A stretch of DNA of 64,000 bases from contig JAWKJM010000007.1 of the NCBI GenBank assembly GCA_041393775.1, positions 3,279 through 67,278 on the forward strand. Reading direction: 5' to 3'. A model generated the notes under the pieces. The model saw only the letters and a program-made list of their open reading frames with translations. It did no database searches and was not told the DNA's origin. This document shows, in pieces, positions 48,518 to 58,735 of the stretch; position 1 is the first letter of the stretch, and every line of letters starts with the position of its first letter. Source of the DNA: Candidatus Nanopelagicales bacterium (GTDB taxonomy: Bacteria; Actinomycetota; Actinomycetes; S36-B12; UBA10799). A program made the position numbers and the translations under genes.

Positions 48518-49171
48518 TCATGTCATGGAGTCTTCCTGATGCCCGCCGTTGATCGAGTCCCACCGGAGCGTCGGTGCGGGCAGTTCGAACTGCAGGTCCG
48601 GTGCGGGAACTGCTTCACCCTGACTGATCCCCAGCGGCACAACGCCGGCCCACACCGGCTCGTCGAGATCCTCGGGGTCATCCTCCGGAGGGCTGTCGCT
48701 GACCTTCACGGACCACTCGGACAGCGGCAGGGCGACCACGAGTGTGGCGGCGAGTTCCTTGCGGGTCGGCGCACGCAGCACCTCCCAGCGGCCGGGCAGC
48801 AGATGCTCGGTGAGAAGCCGGAGACCTTCGGCGGCGTCGGGTACCGGTTGCGCCGAACCAAGGACCATGGCGCTGCGGTAGTGCATCGAGGAGTTGAATG
48901 CGCTGCGGGCCAGAACCATGCCGTCCAGCAGTGTCACGGTCGCACAAACCTGTGCACCCGCGGCCATGAGCCGCATGAGCCGGCTGCCCGTCGACCCGTG
49001 CAGCAGTAGTTGATCTTCGTGCCTCGCACACGCCATTGGCACGACGTACGGCTGGTCATCGTCGACGATGCCGACGTGGGCCACGAACGCCGCATCGAGG
49101 ATGGCGTGCAGGGTTGCGACATCGGTGCGCGCCTTCTCCGGCAGTCGACGGACCCGGGTGCGTTCGGTCAT
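48518..49171 (-). CDS. pyridoxamine 5'-phosphate oxidase family (FMN/F420 split-barrel) protein
   Basis: It reads RVRRLPEKARTDVATLHAILDAAFVAHVGIVDDDQPYVVPMACARHEDQLLLHGS. Confidence 0.8.
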   Translation of the reverse strand: MTERTRVRRLPEKARTDVATLHAILDAAFVAHVGIVDDDQPYVVPMACARHEDQLLLHGSTGSRLMRLMAAGAQVCATVTLLDGMVLARSAFNSSMHYRSAMVLGSAQPVPDAAEGLRLLTEHLLPGRWEVLRAPTRKELAATLVVALPLSEWSVKVSDSPPEDDPEDLDEPVWAGVVPLGISQGEAVPAPDLQFELPAPTLRWDSINGGHQEDSMT

Positions 49172-49368
49172 GTCTGGAGACTACGAGGCGAGCCAGTCCA
49201 TGCGCAGCGCCGTGTGGGATGCCCGTCGCAAGTGATCGGCGGCCCGATTGCAGCCCGGCCCAGACGTGAGGACCCGGTGAGTTATGGGCGCCACCCGGGG
49301 ACGGGCAAGCGGTGCCGGTGACACGACTCGACAAACCAGACGTGGGTCGCTGCCCAGGCCGATGACCG

Positions 49369-50130
49369 ATGGTGATGACCGGGGGGACGCCTTCCGACGG
49401 CACCCTGGTGCTGACACAGGGATGCCCAGCAGCCCAGAATCGACTCGTGCGCCATGAGGATGAGGCCAGGGCCTCGGTTGTCAGCGCCTTGAGGTCGACG
49501 CTGTTCGTCACTCTGCAGACCGACGTGGTGCAGCCGGTGTCGGGGGCGTTGGCGGTCCAGGACTACACCGCCACCGTGAACGTGGCATGGTCGCCCGACG
49601 AGGGGCCGGACGTCGATCTGGCCGCGCTGTCAGCGTTGGCCGACACTGATGTCCAGGGGTACTTGCCGGAACTGGACCACCTGCTGCCCGACACATTGGT
49701 GTTGCCGGTCGGCGAGGGTACTTTCACGACGGCGGATCTGTGGGCACCGACGTGCTGGGACGAGCTTGCGGGTAGGGGCCACGATGCCGCCCTGGTCGGC
49801 GGGGCGCTGCTGGGAGAGGCGTTCAACCTGGCGGAACTGCAGGCCGCGTTCGAGATCGGGCTCGGACGAGCCGTCATCGTCAACAGTATGGAAGTCGTCC
49901 CAGAGTGGCGCGGGGCCAAGTACGGCCTGCTCGCCCTGGAACTGGGCGTCCGGGAGCTGGGGAAGTGCGCAGATGTGGCCGCCCTCTTCCCGATGGAGCC
50001 GAATCTCGAGGATCTGGAGGCGCGAGAGGCTGCGGCCCGGGGCTTGTCGGATTACTGGGGGCAGGCAGGTTTTGTCGACTTCAACGGGATCATGGTCAAG
50101 CCGCTAACGTCCGGGGAGTCGGCCGTCTGA
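49369..50130 (+). CDS. hypothetical protein (possible GNAT-like C-terminal region)
   Basis: 253-aa ORF with good coding appearance. SMEVVPEWRGAKYGLLALELGV loosely resembles acetyltransferase motif A. No confident family. Confidence 0.45.
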   Translation: MVMTGGTPSDGTLVLTQGCPAAQNRLVRHEDEARASVVSALRSTLFVTLQTDVVQPVSGALAVQDYTATVNVAWSPDEGPDVDLAALSALADTDVQGYLPELDHLLPDTLVLPVGEGTFTTADLWAPTCWDELAGRGHDAALVGGALLGEAFNLAELQAAFEIGLGRAVIVNSMEVVPEWRGAKYGLLALELGVRELGKCADVAALFPMEPNLEDLEAREAAARGLSDYWGQAGFVDFNGIMVKPLTSGESAV

Positions 50131-50239
50131 GTCCGGTCGCCGGAAGCATCCCGGTGCTTGGGCATCTGTCCATTCACCTGTGACGACTGGCGTCCTAGTG
50201 TCACAATGGGTCGGGGCCCTTAATCCGGGAGGAAGTGTG

Positions 50240-51943
50240 ATGGCACGCAAGAAGACACGCACGCCGGCATGGCGCGAGACGGGGGCCCGGAAAGGCACCT
50301 ACCGATCGGTCTTCGTCTTCGACCCGGAGCGCATCAAGCATCCGAGCAGCGGCTGGGTGGACATGTTCAAGGCGGAGTTCGGCATGACCGACGCCGACTT
50401 CGCCACACCGCTTACGCAGGGCGACGGCCCGGTGAAGTTGCCCGCCCGCTCCGAGTTCGACCCGGAGCACCGGGCGGCCATCGAGGCGATCGTGGGCGCC
50501 GAGAACGTCGCCGACGACGACTACAGCCGCGTTCGCTACGGGCATGGCAAGACCTTGGACGAGAACCTGGCGCTTCGGCACGGCACCATCACCGCTGTGC
50601 CGGATCTGGTCGTGCATCCGCGCGACAAGGACGACGTCGTCGCGATCGTCGGGTACTGCGCGTCTGAGAAGATCCCGCTGGTTCCCTACGGCGCCGGCTC
50701 CGGGGTCGTGCTCGGCACCCGGGCGGATCGCGGCGGGATCGTGCTGGTCATGCGTACACACATGAACAAGGTGCTCGCCGTGAGTGAACTCAACCAGACG
50801 GCCGTCGTCCAACCGGGTCTGCTGGGTCCCGCCTTCGAGGACCAGCTCAACCACGCTCCGGAGCGCTTCGGGACCAGCCGGGCCTACACGTGCGGCTACT
50901 TCCCGCAGTCGTTCGAACTGGCATCGGTGGGCGGTTGGATCGCGGCCCTGGGGACCGGACAGGCGTCCACGTACTACGGTGACGCCTACGACCTCGTCAT
51001 CAGCCAGGAGTACGTCACGCCGGCCGGAGTGATCAAGACCAAGGACTTCCCGGCCTCCGCGACCGGACCGAAGGTCAACGACATCCTCAAGGGCAGCGAG
51101 GGGACGTTCGGCGTCCTGGTCGAGCTCACACTGAAGATCTTCCGCTACCAGCCGGAGAACACACAGCGCTTCGCCTTCATGCTGCCGAGCTGGGAGGCGT
51201 CCGTGGCCATGACCCGCGACATCGTGCAAGGCGAGTTCGGGATGCCGGCGGTCCTGCGCATTTCGGATCCGGAAGAGACCGAGCGGGGCCTTGCGCTCAA
51301 GGGGTTCGACGCCGGTCCCGCGAACGCCTTCCTCAATGCGCGCGGGTTCAAGGCCGGCAAGCGTTGCCTGTTCGTGGGGACCGCCGAGGGCGAGCAGGGA
51401 TTCGCCAAACACGTGGCCTCGCAGGTCAAGAAGATCGCCCGCGAGCACGGCGGGATGACCTTGACCAGCTTCGCCACCAAGCAGTGGGAACATGGCCGCT
51501 ACTCCGACGCCTACATCCGTGAGGACATCCTCGACTTCGGGATGATCATCGACACCCTGGAGACCTCGGTCACGTGGGAGAACATCGATGAGGTCTACGC
51601 CGGTGTGCGCAACTTCGTGAAGAGCCGGCCGGGAACGGTGTGTATGACACACGCGTCGCACTTCTACCCGCAGGGGACGAACCTCTACTTCATCCTCGTG
51701 TTGCGCCCCAGGGACGCCGACGAGTACTTCGCCTTCCGCAAGGGGATCATCGACAAGATCGTGGCGAGCGGCGGCTCGACCAGTCATCACCACGGAGTGG
51801 GCAATCTCTTCGCGCCGTGGCTCGAGGGCTACCTCGGCAGGACCGAGATGGATGTCCTCAGGGCGCTCAAGGCGCACTTCGATCCCGACGGGATCATGAA
51901 CCCGGGCAACACGCTGGGGCTGTCAGGGGATGGTGCCAGATGA
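50240..51943 (+). CDS. FAD-linked oxidase (VAO/PCMH type, alkyl-DHAP-synthase-like)
   Basis: A GGGAGGAAG SD precedes ATG 50240. An FAD-binding region contains PLVPYGAGSGVV. The C-terminus reads HHHGVG...LKAHFDPDGIMNPG. Confidence 0.85.
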   Translation: MARKKTRTPAWRETGARKGTYRSVFVFDPERIKHPSSGWVDMFKAEFGMTDADFATPLTQGDGPVKLPARSEFDPEHRAAIEAIVGAENVADDDYSRVRYGHGKTLDENLALRHGTITAVPDLVVHPRDKDDVVAIVGYCASEKIPLVPYGAGSGVVLGTRADRGGIVLVMRTHMNKVLAVSELNQTAVVQPGLLGPAFEDQLNHAPERFGTSRAYTCGYFPQSFELASVGGWIAALGTGQASTYYGDAYDLVISQEYVTPAGVIKTKDFPASATGPKVNDILKGSEGTFGVLVELTLKIFRYQPENTQRFAFMLPSWEASVAMTRDIVQGEFGMPAVLRISDPEETERGLALKGFDAGPANAFLNARGFKAGKRCLFVGTAEGEQGFAKHVASQVKKIAREHGGMTLTSFATKQWEHGRYSDAYIREDILDFGMIIDTLETSVTWENIDEVYAGVRNFVKSRPGTVCMTHASHFYPQGTNLYFILVLRPRDADEYFAFRKGIIDKIVASGGSTSHHHGVGNLFAPWLEGYLGRTEMDVLRALKAHFDPDGIMNPGNTLGLSGDGAR

Positions 51944-53499
51944 ACCGTGATGGCCTGATCCTGGCCATCGACGCCGGGACCCAATCGATCCGCGCGGCAC
52001 TGGTCGACCTCACCGGGAACATCCACCACCTGGTCAAGACCCCGATCGAGCCCTACTTCTCCGATCAGCCGGGATGGGCCGAGCAGCAGCCGGACTACTA
52101 CTGGCAGATGCTGTGTGAGACCACACGGCAACTGCTCGCCCTCGACGGTGTCGCACCCGACGAGATCTTCGGCGTCACACTGACCACGCAGAGAGTGACG
52201 ATGATCAATCTGGACAGGGACGGACAACCCTTGCGGCCGGCCATCGTCTGGCTCGACCAGCGCAAGGCCGATATGGGCCGGGTCCTGCCGAGTTTCTCGA
52301 CACCTCTGCTCAAGGCCAGTCGGTTGTACCCGTTGGTCGAGTACGCGACCCAGTACTGCCGCTCCAACTGGATCCAGCAGAACCAGCCCGAGATCTGGGA
52401 GCGCACCCATAAGTTCGTCTTCCTGTCCGGCTATTTCACTTACAGACTCACCGGAGAGTTCCGCGACTCCGCAGGCAACATCGTCGGGACCATTCCGTTC
52501 GACGTGAAGAAGTCGGACTGGGCCGGACGATTCGACCCGAAGTGGTTGATGTTCCCCATGGAGCGCGAGAAACTGCCCGATCTTGTCAAGCCCACCGAAT
52601 CGCTGGGCCACATCACTGAGGAGGCCGCCGAACAGACCGGCATCCCGAGCGGGTTGCCGTTCATCGCGGCGTCGAACGACAAGGCCTGCGACATCATCGG
52701 GTCCGGCTGCTTGACCCCGGAAACCGCCTGCATCAGTTTCGGCACTACGGCCACGATCAACACTCAGAACGAGAAGTACGTCGAACTGCGCACGATGCTG
52801 CCGCCCTATCCGTCGGCGATTCCGGATGAGTACTACAGCGAGGTTGCCGTCGTGCGCGGACTCTGGATGGTGTCGTGGTTCAAGGAGGAGTTCGGCCTGC
52901 AAGAACGGCTGATGGCGGCGGAGTCCGGAGAGGCTCCCGAGGACCTGCTCGAGGAACTCGTGCGGGACGTCCCGGCAGGCTCCGCGGGCTTGGTATGCCA
53001 GCCCTACTGGACCCCCGGCCCCGATCTGGAACCGTATGCGAAGGGGGCCGTGTTCGGCTTCGGTGACATCCACACCCGGGCGTATCTATATCGTGCGATC
53101 CTGGAGGGAATCGTCTTCGCTCTCAAACAGGGGGCGGGGCTCACCGAGCGGAAGAACGGTGTGCCCATCACCGAAGTGCGCGCCACCGGCGGCGGCTCGC
53201 GCAGCGACTCCATCATGCAGATGACCGCGGACATCTTCGACCTGCCGTCGTGCCGTCCCCACACGCCCGAGACCTCGGTCGTCGGGGCCGCGATGGACGC
53301 GGCCGTCGGCCTGGGAGCCTTCCCGGACGTGGCTGCTGCCGCCAAGGACATGACCAGGATCGGTGACGAGTTCACGCCCGACCCCGTCAACCGGGACCTC
53401 TACCACGAACTGTACGAGCGCGTTTACGCCAAGACCTACGGTCAGTTGCGGCCGCTGTACGAGGAGATCCAGAAGATCACCGGGTACCCGAAGTTGTGA
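51940..53499 (+). CDS. FGGY-family carbohydrate kinase (xylulokinase/glycerol-kinase-like)
   Basis: The ATG overlaps the upstream stop (ATGA). Motifs LAIDAGTQSIRAALVD and ATGGGSRSD are present. Confidence 0.85.
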   Translation: MNRDGLILAIDAGTQSIRAALVDLTGNIHHLVKTPIEPYFSDQPGWAEQQPDYYWQMLCETTRQLLALDGVAPDEIFGVTLTTQRVTMINLDRDGQPLRPAIVWLDQRKADMGRVLPSFSTPLLKASRLYPLVEYATQYCRSNWIQQNQPEIWERTHKFVFLSGYFTYRLTGEFRDSAGNIVGTIPFDVKKSDWAGRFDPKWLMFPMEREKLPDLVKPTESLGHITEEAAEQTGIPSGLPFIAASNDKACDIIGSGCLTPETACISFGTTATINTQNEKYVELRTMLPPYPSAIPDEYYSEVAVVRGLWMVSWFKEEFGLQERLMAAESGEAPEDLLEELVRDVPAGSAGLVCQPYWTPGPDLEPYAKGAVFGFGDIHTRAYLYRAILEGIVFALKQGAGLTERKNGVPITEVRATGGGSRSDSIMQMTADIFDLPSCRPHTPETSVVGAAMDAAVGLGAFPDVAAAAKDMTRIGDEFTPDPVNRDLYHELYERVYAKTYGQLRPLYEEIQKITGYPKL

Positions 53500-53506
53500 C
53501 AGGGAT

Positions 53507-53540
53507 TCCCGGCCCGGTCTTGCGCAGTGTTCGGCCGGGA
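53507..53540 (+). terminator. Hairpin downstream of the FGGY kinase gene
   Basis: TCCCGGCC and GGCCGGGA form an 8-bp GC stem with an 18-nt loop. There is no U-tract. Confidence 0.3.
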
Positions 53541-53787
53541 GTGACCCGCCGACCGTCATGAGACGTCGCCGTGGTCCCGGTCACCGGACGCCTGCCTCCA
53601 TCTGCTGGCCGAGGCAGCCACGCACGGCCCGCACATGGAGGCGAGAATCACCCAATAGCGGCAAATCGGGCGGGTCTTCCTCCATCTCGTGGCCGCTCGG
53701 GGGCAGGGCAAGGGAATCCGGCCACCAGATGGAGGCGGGCAGTGGTTGACGCTGAGCACTCGACCAGCGCCGGAGCCAGTCGGGGGA

Positions 53788-54180
53788 CTACTCCTGGGCG
53801 GTCATCGTGACGCTGTTCGCTGCCTTGCAGCCGGGAACCTTGGTCGCGCGCGCGTAGTAGTGATTGCCTGGTTCGAGTCCCGGGTTTCCCATGTTCCACT
53901 GGTAGCCGTCGTTGTTGGCCTGGGCGATGTCCGACGCGACGCGCTGGTCGGTGCGAGGTTGAGGCGAGGAGCCCAACTGCTGGAAGAGCACGATCTTGCG
54001 CCCGTCCTTGCACCGGAGCTTGCGGCTCTTGACGTACCCGTAGAAACTACGCGACTCGGGCAGGATGACCACCTTGGTCTTGGCCGGCTTGGCCGCATTG
54101 GCTGCCGGTGCGAAGCCGACGAGCGCGGTGACAGACACTGCGAGAATGGCGATGGAGGAGTGGATTGTGGTGGCCTTCAT
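53788..54180 (-). CDS. small secreted hypothetical protein
   Basis: Signal peptide MKATTIHSSIAILAVSVTALVGFAPAANA. An AGGGAG SD is present. Confidence 0.6.
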   Translation of the reverse strand: MKATTIHSSIAILAVSVTALVGFAPAANAAKPAKTKVVILPESRSFYGYVKSRKLRCKDGRKIVLFQQLGSSPQPRTDQRVASDIAQANNDGYQWNMGNPGLEPGNHYYARATKVPGCKAANSVTMTAQE

Positions 54181-54362
54181 GAGTGGCTCCCTGATTGGTA
54201 AGGCATACCTACGCAGTTATGCTGCGTCCACCCCGGGGATCTGTCTACGGCCCGATGGTGCCGGATCCGCGACACCCCGGCAGGACCGCCATTTGATTGG
54301 CGTGTCGGGCGGATCGACGACAGGTGTGACCCGCCCGATAGTGTCGGTCGCAGGGAGGGAAC

Positions 54363-55052
54363 ATGAGCGATCTGATGAGTTACGAACTCAACGACGGCGT
54401 TGCCACGTTGACCCTGGACAACGGGAAGGTCAACGCGGTCTCGCCGGATGTGATCACGGCCTTCCACTCGGCGCTCGACCGGGCCGAGGCGGACCAGGCC
54501 ATCGTGGTCATCACGGGAAAGCCCGGCATCCTGTCCGGAGGCTACGACCTCAAGGTCATGCAGTCCGGTGTACAGAACGCGATCGACCTGGTGACCGCCG
54601 GGTCCCAGTTGGCCCGTCGGATGCTGTCCCACCCGTTCCCGATCATCGTGGCCTGCCCCGGGCATGCGGTCGCTGAGGGGGCGTTCCTGCTCCTGTCCGC
54701 CGACTACCGGATCGGCGTGGACGGCCCGTACCGGATCGGCCTGAACGAGGTTCAGATCGGGATGACCATGCACCATGTGGGTATCGAAGTCGCCCGCGAC
54801 CGCCTGCGGAAGTCGTACTTCAACCGTGCAGTGATCAACGCCGAGATCTTCGCGCCGCATGAGGCGTTGCGGGCCGGTTTCCTCGACACGGTTGTCGCGG
54901 AGGACCAACTCATGCCGGCAGCCAAAGCCACTGCCGAGCAGATGAAGAAGTTGAACATGACTGCACATGCGAACACAAAATTGAAGGCGAGGGCACAGTT
55001 GCTGACCACCCTCGAAGCGTCCATCGAATTGGACAAGAAGCCACTCTGGTAG
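54363..55052 (+). CDS. enoyl-CoA hydratase/isomerase (crotonase) family protein
   Basis: It reads LNDGVATLTLDNGKVNAVS...VVITGKPGILSGGYDLK. A GGGAGGG SD is present. Confidence 0.85.
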   Translation: MSDLMSYELNDGVATLTLDNGKVNAVSPDVITAFHSALDRAEADQAIVVITGKPGILSGGYDLKVMQSGVQNAIDLVTAGSQLARRMLSHPFPIIVACPGHAVAEGAFLLLSADYRIGVDGPYRIGLNEVQIGMTMHHVGIEVARDRLRKSYFNRAVINAEIFAPHEALRAGFLDTVVAEDQLMPAAKATAEQMKKLNMTAHANTKLKARAQLLTTLEASIELDKKPLW

Positions 55053-55065
55053 GCCCCCCGCGCGG

Positions 55066-55140
55066 CCACGATTGTGACGACGTCGGCGCCCGTCCTGGCG
55101 CTGTGCTACGGGTTTGGCCCCCGCGACTCTGTCACACGAG
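55066..55140. repeat. Family B repeat, B8 (shortened/degenerate)
   Basis: Arms ATTGTGACGACGTCG, TGTGCTACGGGTTTG and CGACTCTGTCACA. It shares its left flank GCCACGATTGTGACGA with B6. Confidence 0.75.
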
Positions 55141-55185
55141 GGCGACCCCGCAAGGCGTTGTCATCACACGTCCCCGGGGCCGTAG

Positions 55186-56604
55186 TCACGGCGTCCGAAG
55201 CGGTAGCACGGCATGCCCCGCACCCTCACCGGCGACAGCGAGCACCTCGTCGAAACCCTCGCGCATGCAGTCCATCATCTCGTCGGGGTCGGGCACGGCG
55301 CCGGTGTCGATGTTGTAGCTGACGTAGCACCTGCCGCAGTAGGACATCAAAGTGATGTTCAGGGCCGCGCCGATCGTGGGGCCGAATCCGTAGAAGTGCG
55401 TGACCCTCGCGCCGGTGAGGTACAGGGGAACCGGCAGCCCCGGCACATTGCTGGCCAGGAAGTCGATGTGCTTGAGCATGCCTCCGATGTAGGCACGCGG
55501 GAACAGGTTGAGGGTGCCGGCGATCGCGTTGGTGAACGGCAGCGATCGGTCGTGCTTCACCGCCTCGGTGCGGCGGTGGGTCTGCGCCATGCGCTCTCGG
55601 GGGTCGGGGATGCCGGCCGGGAGTTTGAAGCGCATGAGGGTGATGCGGTTGCCGCCGATGGGGTCGTCGCTCTTGCGGATGCTGACCGGCATGGTCACCC
55701 GCAACTCATCGACTTCGGACCCGTGGCGTTCATGATAGATACGCAGTCCGGCGGTGACGGCGGACAGGAAAGCGTCGTTGTGGGTCGCATCCGCGGCGTG
55801 CGCGGCGAGCAGGAAGTCCGCGAGCTGGAATTCGAGTACGTCGTAGTGCCACCCCAGATGCCGCTCGGTCATCACGGGCGAGAGCGTGTCGGACACCGGT
55901 TCCACGAACTTGGCGATCGACTGACCGGTCGCCAGCGTTTCGGAGACCACCTTGCGGGGGTGACGCAGTGCCTGTGCGACATCTCCAGCCGCGGACGTCA
56001 CCCGGCGCTTGGAGAAGTCGTACAGCCGTGACCAGTTGTGGCCTAGTGCGTCCCGGGCAAGGTCCAGGGCACCCAGCGTCTCGCCTTGGGGCGCCTCCGG
56101 CATGGGTCCCAGATCCCCCGGATCCGGTTCGGTGTCGAACAGCAACCGGGCTATGTCCATGCCTCCCACGCCGTCAGTCAACGAATGATGCAGTTTCATG
56201 ACCAGGGCCGACTGCCCGTCCTCCAGGCCCTCGATGAGGGTGAACTCCCACAGCGGTCGGTCGCGGTCGAACCCGGCCATTCCGGTCTTGCGGGCGAACT
56301 CCAGCACCGACGCCAGTGTCTTCGGCTCGGCCGCTTCGAAACGCCGCATGTGCCACGTCAGATCGAAATCCGGATCGACGACCCATCGCGGCGTGGCAAG
56401 GCGCAAAGGCGGGATCACGACCCGGTGCCGGAAGCCGGGTGTCTGCCTGGTGCTGCGTTCAAGGCGTTCCGGCAGGGCCTCCCAGTCGGGGCTGCCGTCG
56501 AGGAGCAAAACCACCACGACCGTCGATCGCAGCAGCGGGTCCTCCTCCATGTACCAGGAGAAAGCGTCCGTGTCCTTCATGTGGACTTCGACTCGGTCAT
56601 TCAT
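55186..56604 (-). CDS. wax ester synthase/diacylglycerol acyltransferase (WS/DGAT)
   Basis: Active-site motif HHSLTDGVGG. A GGAGGTG SD precedes ATG 56604. Confidence 0.85.
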   Translation of the reverse strand: MNDRVEVHMKDTDAFSWYMEEDPLLRSTVVVVLLLDGSPDWEALPERLERSTRQTPGFRHRVVIPPLRLATPRWVVDPDFDLTWHMRRFEAAEPKTLASVLEFARKTGMAGFDRDRPLWEFTLIEGLEDGQSALVMKLHHSLTDGVGGMDIARLLFDTEPDPGDLGPMPEAPQGETLGALDLARDALGHNWSRLYDFSKRRVTSAAGDVAQALRHPRKVVSETLATGQSIAKFVEPVSDTLSPVMTERHLGWHYDVLEFQLADFLLAAHAADATHNDAFLSAVTAGLRIYHERHGSEVDELRVTMPVSIRKSDDPIGGNRITLMRFKLPAGIPDPRERMAQTHRRTEAVKHDRSLPFTNAIAGTLNLFPRAYIGGMLKHIDFLASNVPGLPVPLYLTGARVTHFYGFGPTIGAALNITLMSYCGRCYVSYNIDTGAVPDPDEMMDCMREGFDEVLAVAGEGAGHAVLPLRTP

Positions 56605-56762
56605 GGCGAACACCTCCATTGTCGACGCTGCCCCTCGGGGGAGAGGCTTGTCAACCCGGGCGGTCCACGGGGGCCGAAGCGGCCCACGGTGCGTCAGGTT
56701 GCGCCTGTTCGTGTGCCCCGGGTAGACGTCCGCACCGGGTTCGGTCGAACCCCCGGCGAAGG

Positions 56763-56882
56763 TCAGTGTGACGAAGTTGATGGCCGTCCGATCGTCGTGT
56801 TACGAAGGTGCGCGGTCTGAGCCGGTGCGACCGCGCACCTTCGTAACAATCCGGGCTGGCGCCCCGCAACTTCTTCACAGAG
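56763..56882. repeat. Family B repeat, B9 (nested complementarity)
   Basis: Arms GTGTGACGAAGTTG, TGTTACGAAGGTGCG, CGCACCTTCGTAACA and CAACTTCTTCACA. Confidence 0.9.
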
Positions 56883-56910
56883 GGTCGGACGGGACATCAG
56901 TGCGGAATCC

Positions 56911-58614
56911 TCACGTGCGCTTCTTCTTGTGCCGGGGCTTGCGTTGACCGCCCTGGACGGACAACTCAATCAGCTTCCCGGAGATCCGGGTCTTGCGAAG
57001 CCGCGACCAGGTATCGGCCGGCAACTCAGCTGGCAGTTCCACCAGAGAATGGTCGCCGCGGATGTCGATGTGGCCGAAGTCCTGCCGGTTCAGTCCACCC
57101 TCGTTGGCCAGAGCCCCGACGATCTGCCGCGGTTCGACCTTCTGGCGGCGTCCGACGTTTATCCGGTAGGTCGCCATGGGGACGTCGGTGCGCCCGCGCG
57201 GTCGGCGGGGTGATTGCGCCTCACCGCGCGGCGAGACCCGGTCGGAACGGGACGAGCGCTGAGGCGGTCGCTCCGGCTCGGGGTCCAACAGGAGCGGAGT
57301 GCCACCCTGCAGGATCACCGCCAAGGCCGCGGCGACGTCCCCCTCGGCAACGTCGTTCTCTCGCACGTAGTGCCCCACGACGTCCCGGAAGAATCCCACT
57401 TCGTCGGAACCCAGCGCCTGCGTGATCGAGTCGTCGAAACGGGCCAGCCGGGTGCTGTTGATGTCTTCGGCGGTCGGCAACTGCATCGCGGTCAGCGGTT
57501 GCCGGGTCGCCTTCTCGATGGCCTTGAGCAGGTATCGTTCCCGCGGGGTCACGAACGAGATCGCCTCGCCGCTGCGCCCCGCGCGCCCGGTACGGCCGAT
57601 GCGGTGGACATACGACTCGGTATCGGTGGGGATGTCGAAGTTGACGACGTGGCTGATCCGGTCGACATCGAGGCCACGGGCCGCCACGTCCGTGGCCACC
57701 AGGATGTCGAGTTCCCCTGACTTGAGTTGGTTCACCGTGCGTTCGCGCTGCACCTGCGGGACGTCGCCGTTGATGGCCCTCGCGGAGAAGCCGCGAGCGC
57801 GCAACTTCTCCGCGAGGGTCTCCGTCTCGTTCTTCGTGCGGACGAACACGATCATGCCCTCGAAGTTCTCGACCTCCAGAATGCGTGTCAGTGCATCGAC
57901 CTTCTGCGGGTACGAGACCACGAGATAGCGCTGGGTGGTGTTTGCCGAGGTCGTGGTCTTGTTCGTGACCGTGATCTCAGCCGGGTCGTTGAGGTACTTC
58001 TTGGACAGGCGCCGGATCGGAGCCGGCATGGTTGCCGAGAACAGGGCCACCTGCTTGTCTGCGGGCGTTTCGGCCAGGATGGTCTCGACATCATCCGCGA
58101 AGCCCATGTTGAGCATCTCGTCGGCCTCATCGAGCACCAGAAACCGCAGTTCCGACAGATCGAGAGTCCCCTTGTCCAGGTGATCCATGATCCGCCCCGG
58201 TGTGCCGACCACGACGTGCACGCCCCGCCGCAGAGCGCTGAGTTGGACCCCGTATCCCTGGCCGCCGTACACGGGCAGCAGTCTGACGCCGTGCATCCGG
58301 GCGGCATAGCGCTCGAACGCTTCGGACACCTGCAGTGCGAGTTCGCGGGTCGGCGCCAGCACCAGAGCTTGGGGATTCCGCTGGGCCAACGTCAGCCGAT
58401 CCAGAATGGGTAGGGCGAAGGCCGCGGTCTTCCCGGTTCCGGTCTGGGCCAGCCCGACCACATCGCGGCCGTCCAGAAGCAGCGGGATGGTGGCCGCTTG
58501 GATTGGTGATGGTGTTTCATAGCCGACTTCGTTCAGCGTCCTCAAGAGAGCATCGCTGAGCCCCAAGTCGATGAATGCTGGAACCGGCTGCTCGGTCTGC
58601 TCGTCGTGGGTCAC
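56911..58614 (-). CDS. deaD: DEAD-box ATP-dependent RNA helicase with C-terminal RNA-binding extension
   Basis: Motifs AQTGTGKT, VLDEADEML, SAT and HRIGRTGRAG are present. The tail is basic. Confidence 0.9.
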   Translation of the reverse strand: MTHDEQTEQPVPAFIDLGLSDALLRTLNEVGYETPSPIQAATIPLLLDGRDVVGLAQTGTGKTAAFALPILDRLTLAQRNPQALVLAPTRELALQVSEAFERYAARMHGVRLLPVYGGQGYGVQLSALRRGVHVVVGTPGRIMDHLDKGTLDLSELRFLVLDEADEMLNMGFADDVETILAETPADKQVALFSATMPAPIRRLSKKYLNDPAEITVTNKTTTSANTTQRYLVVSYPQKVDALTRILEVENFEGMIVFVRTKNETETLAEKLRARGFSARAINGDVPQVQRERTVNQLKSGELDILVATDVAARGLDVDRISHVVNFDIPTDTESYVHRIGRTGRAGRSGEAISFVTPRERYLLKAIEKATRQPLTAMQLPTAEDINSTRLARFDDSITQALGSDEVGFFRDVVGHYVRENDVAEGDVAAALAVILQGGTPLLLDPEPERPPQRSSRSDRVSPRGEAQSPRRPRGRTDVPMATYRINVGRRQKVEPRQIVGALANEGGLNRQDFGHIDIRGDHSLVELPAELPADTWSRLRKTRISGKLIELSVQGGQRKPRHKKKRT

Positions 58615-58735
58615 AGGATGCCTCTCTGGTCGGTGCCTGGATCGAGGGGCGATCTGGCGCGGCGACCCCGGCGCGGCGCTGCTCGAGCGTCCTCTCGACC
58701 CTACTCTCCGGCCTGGTCGGTCGTCCCACGCGTCG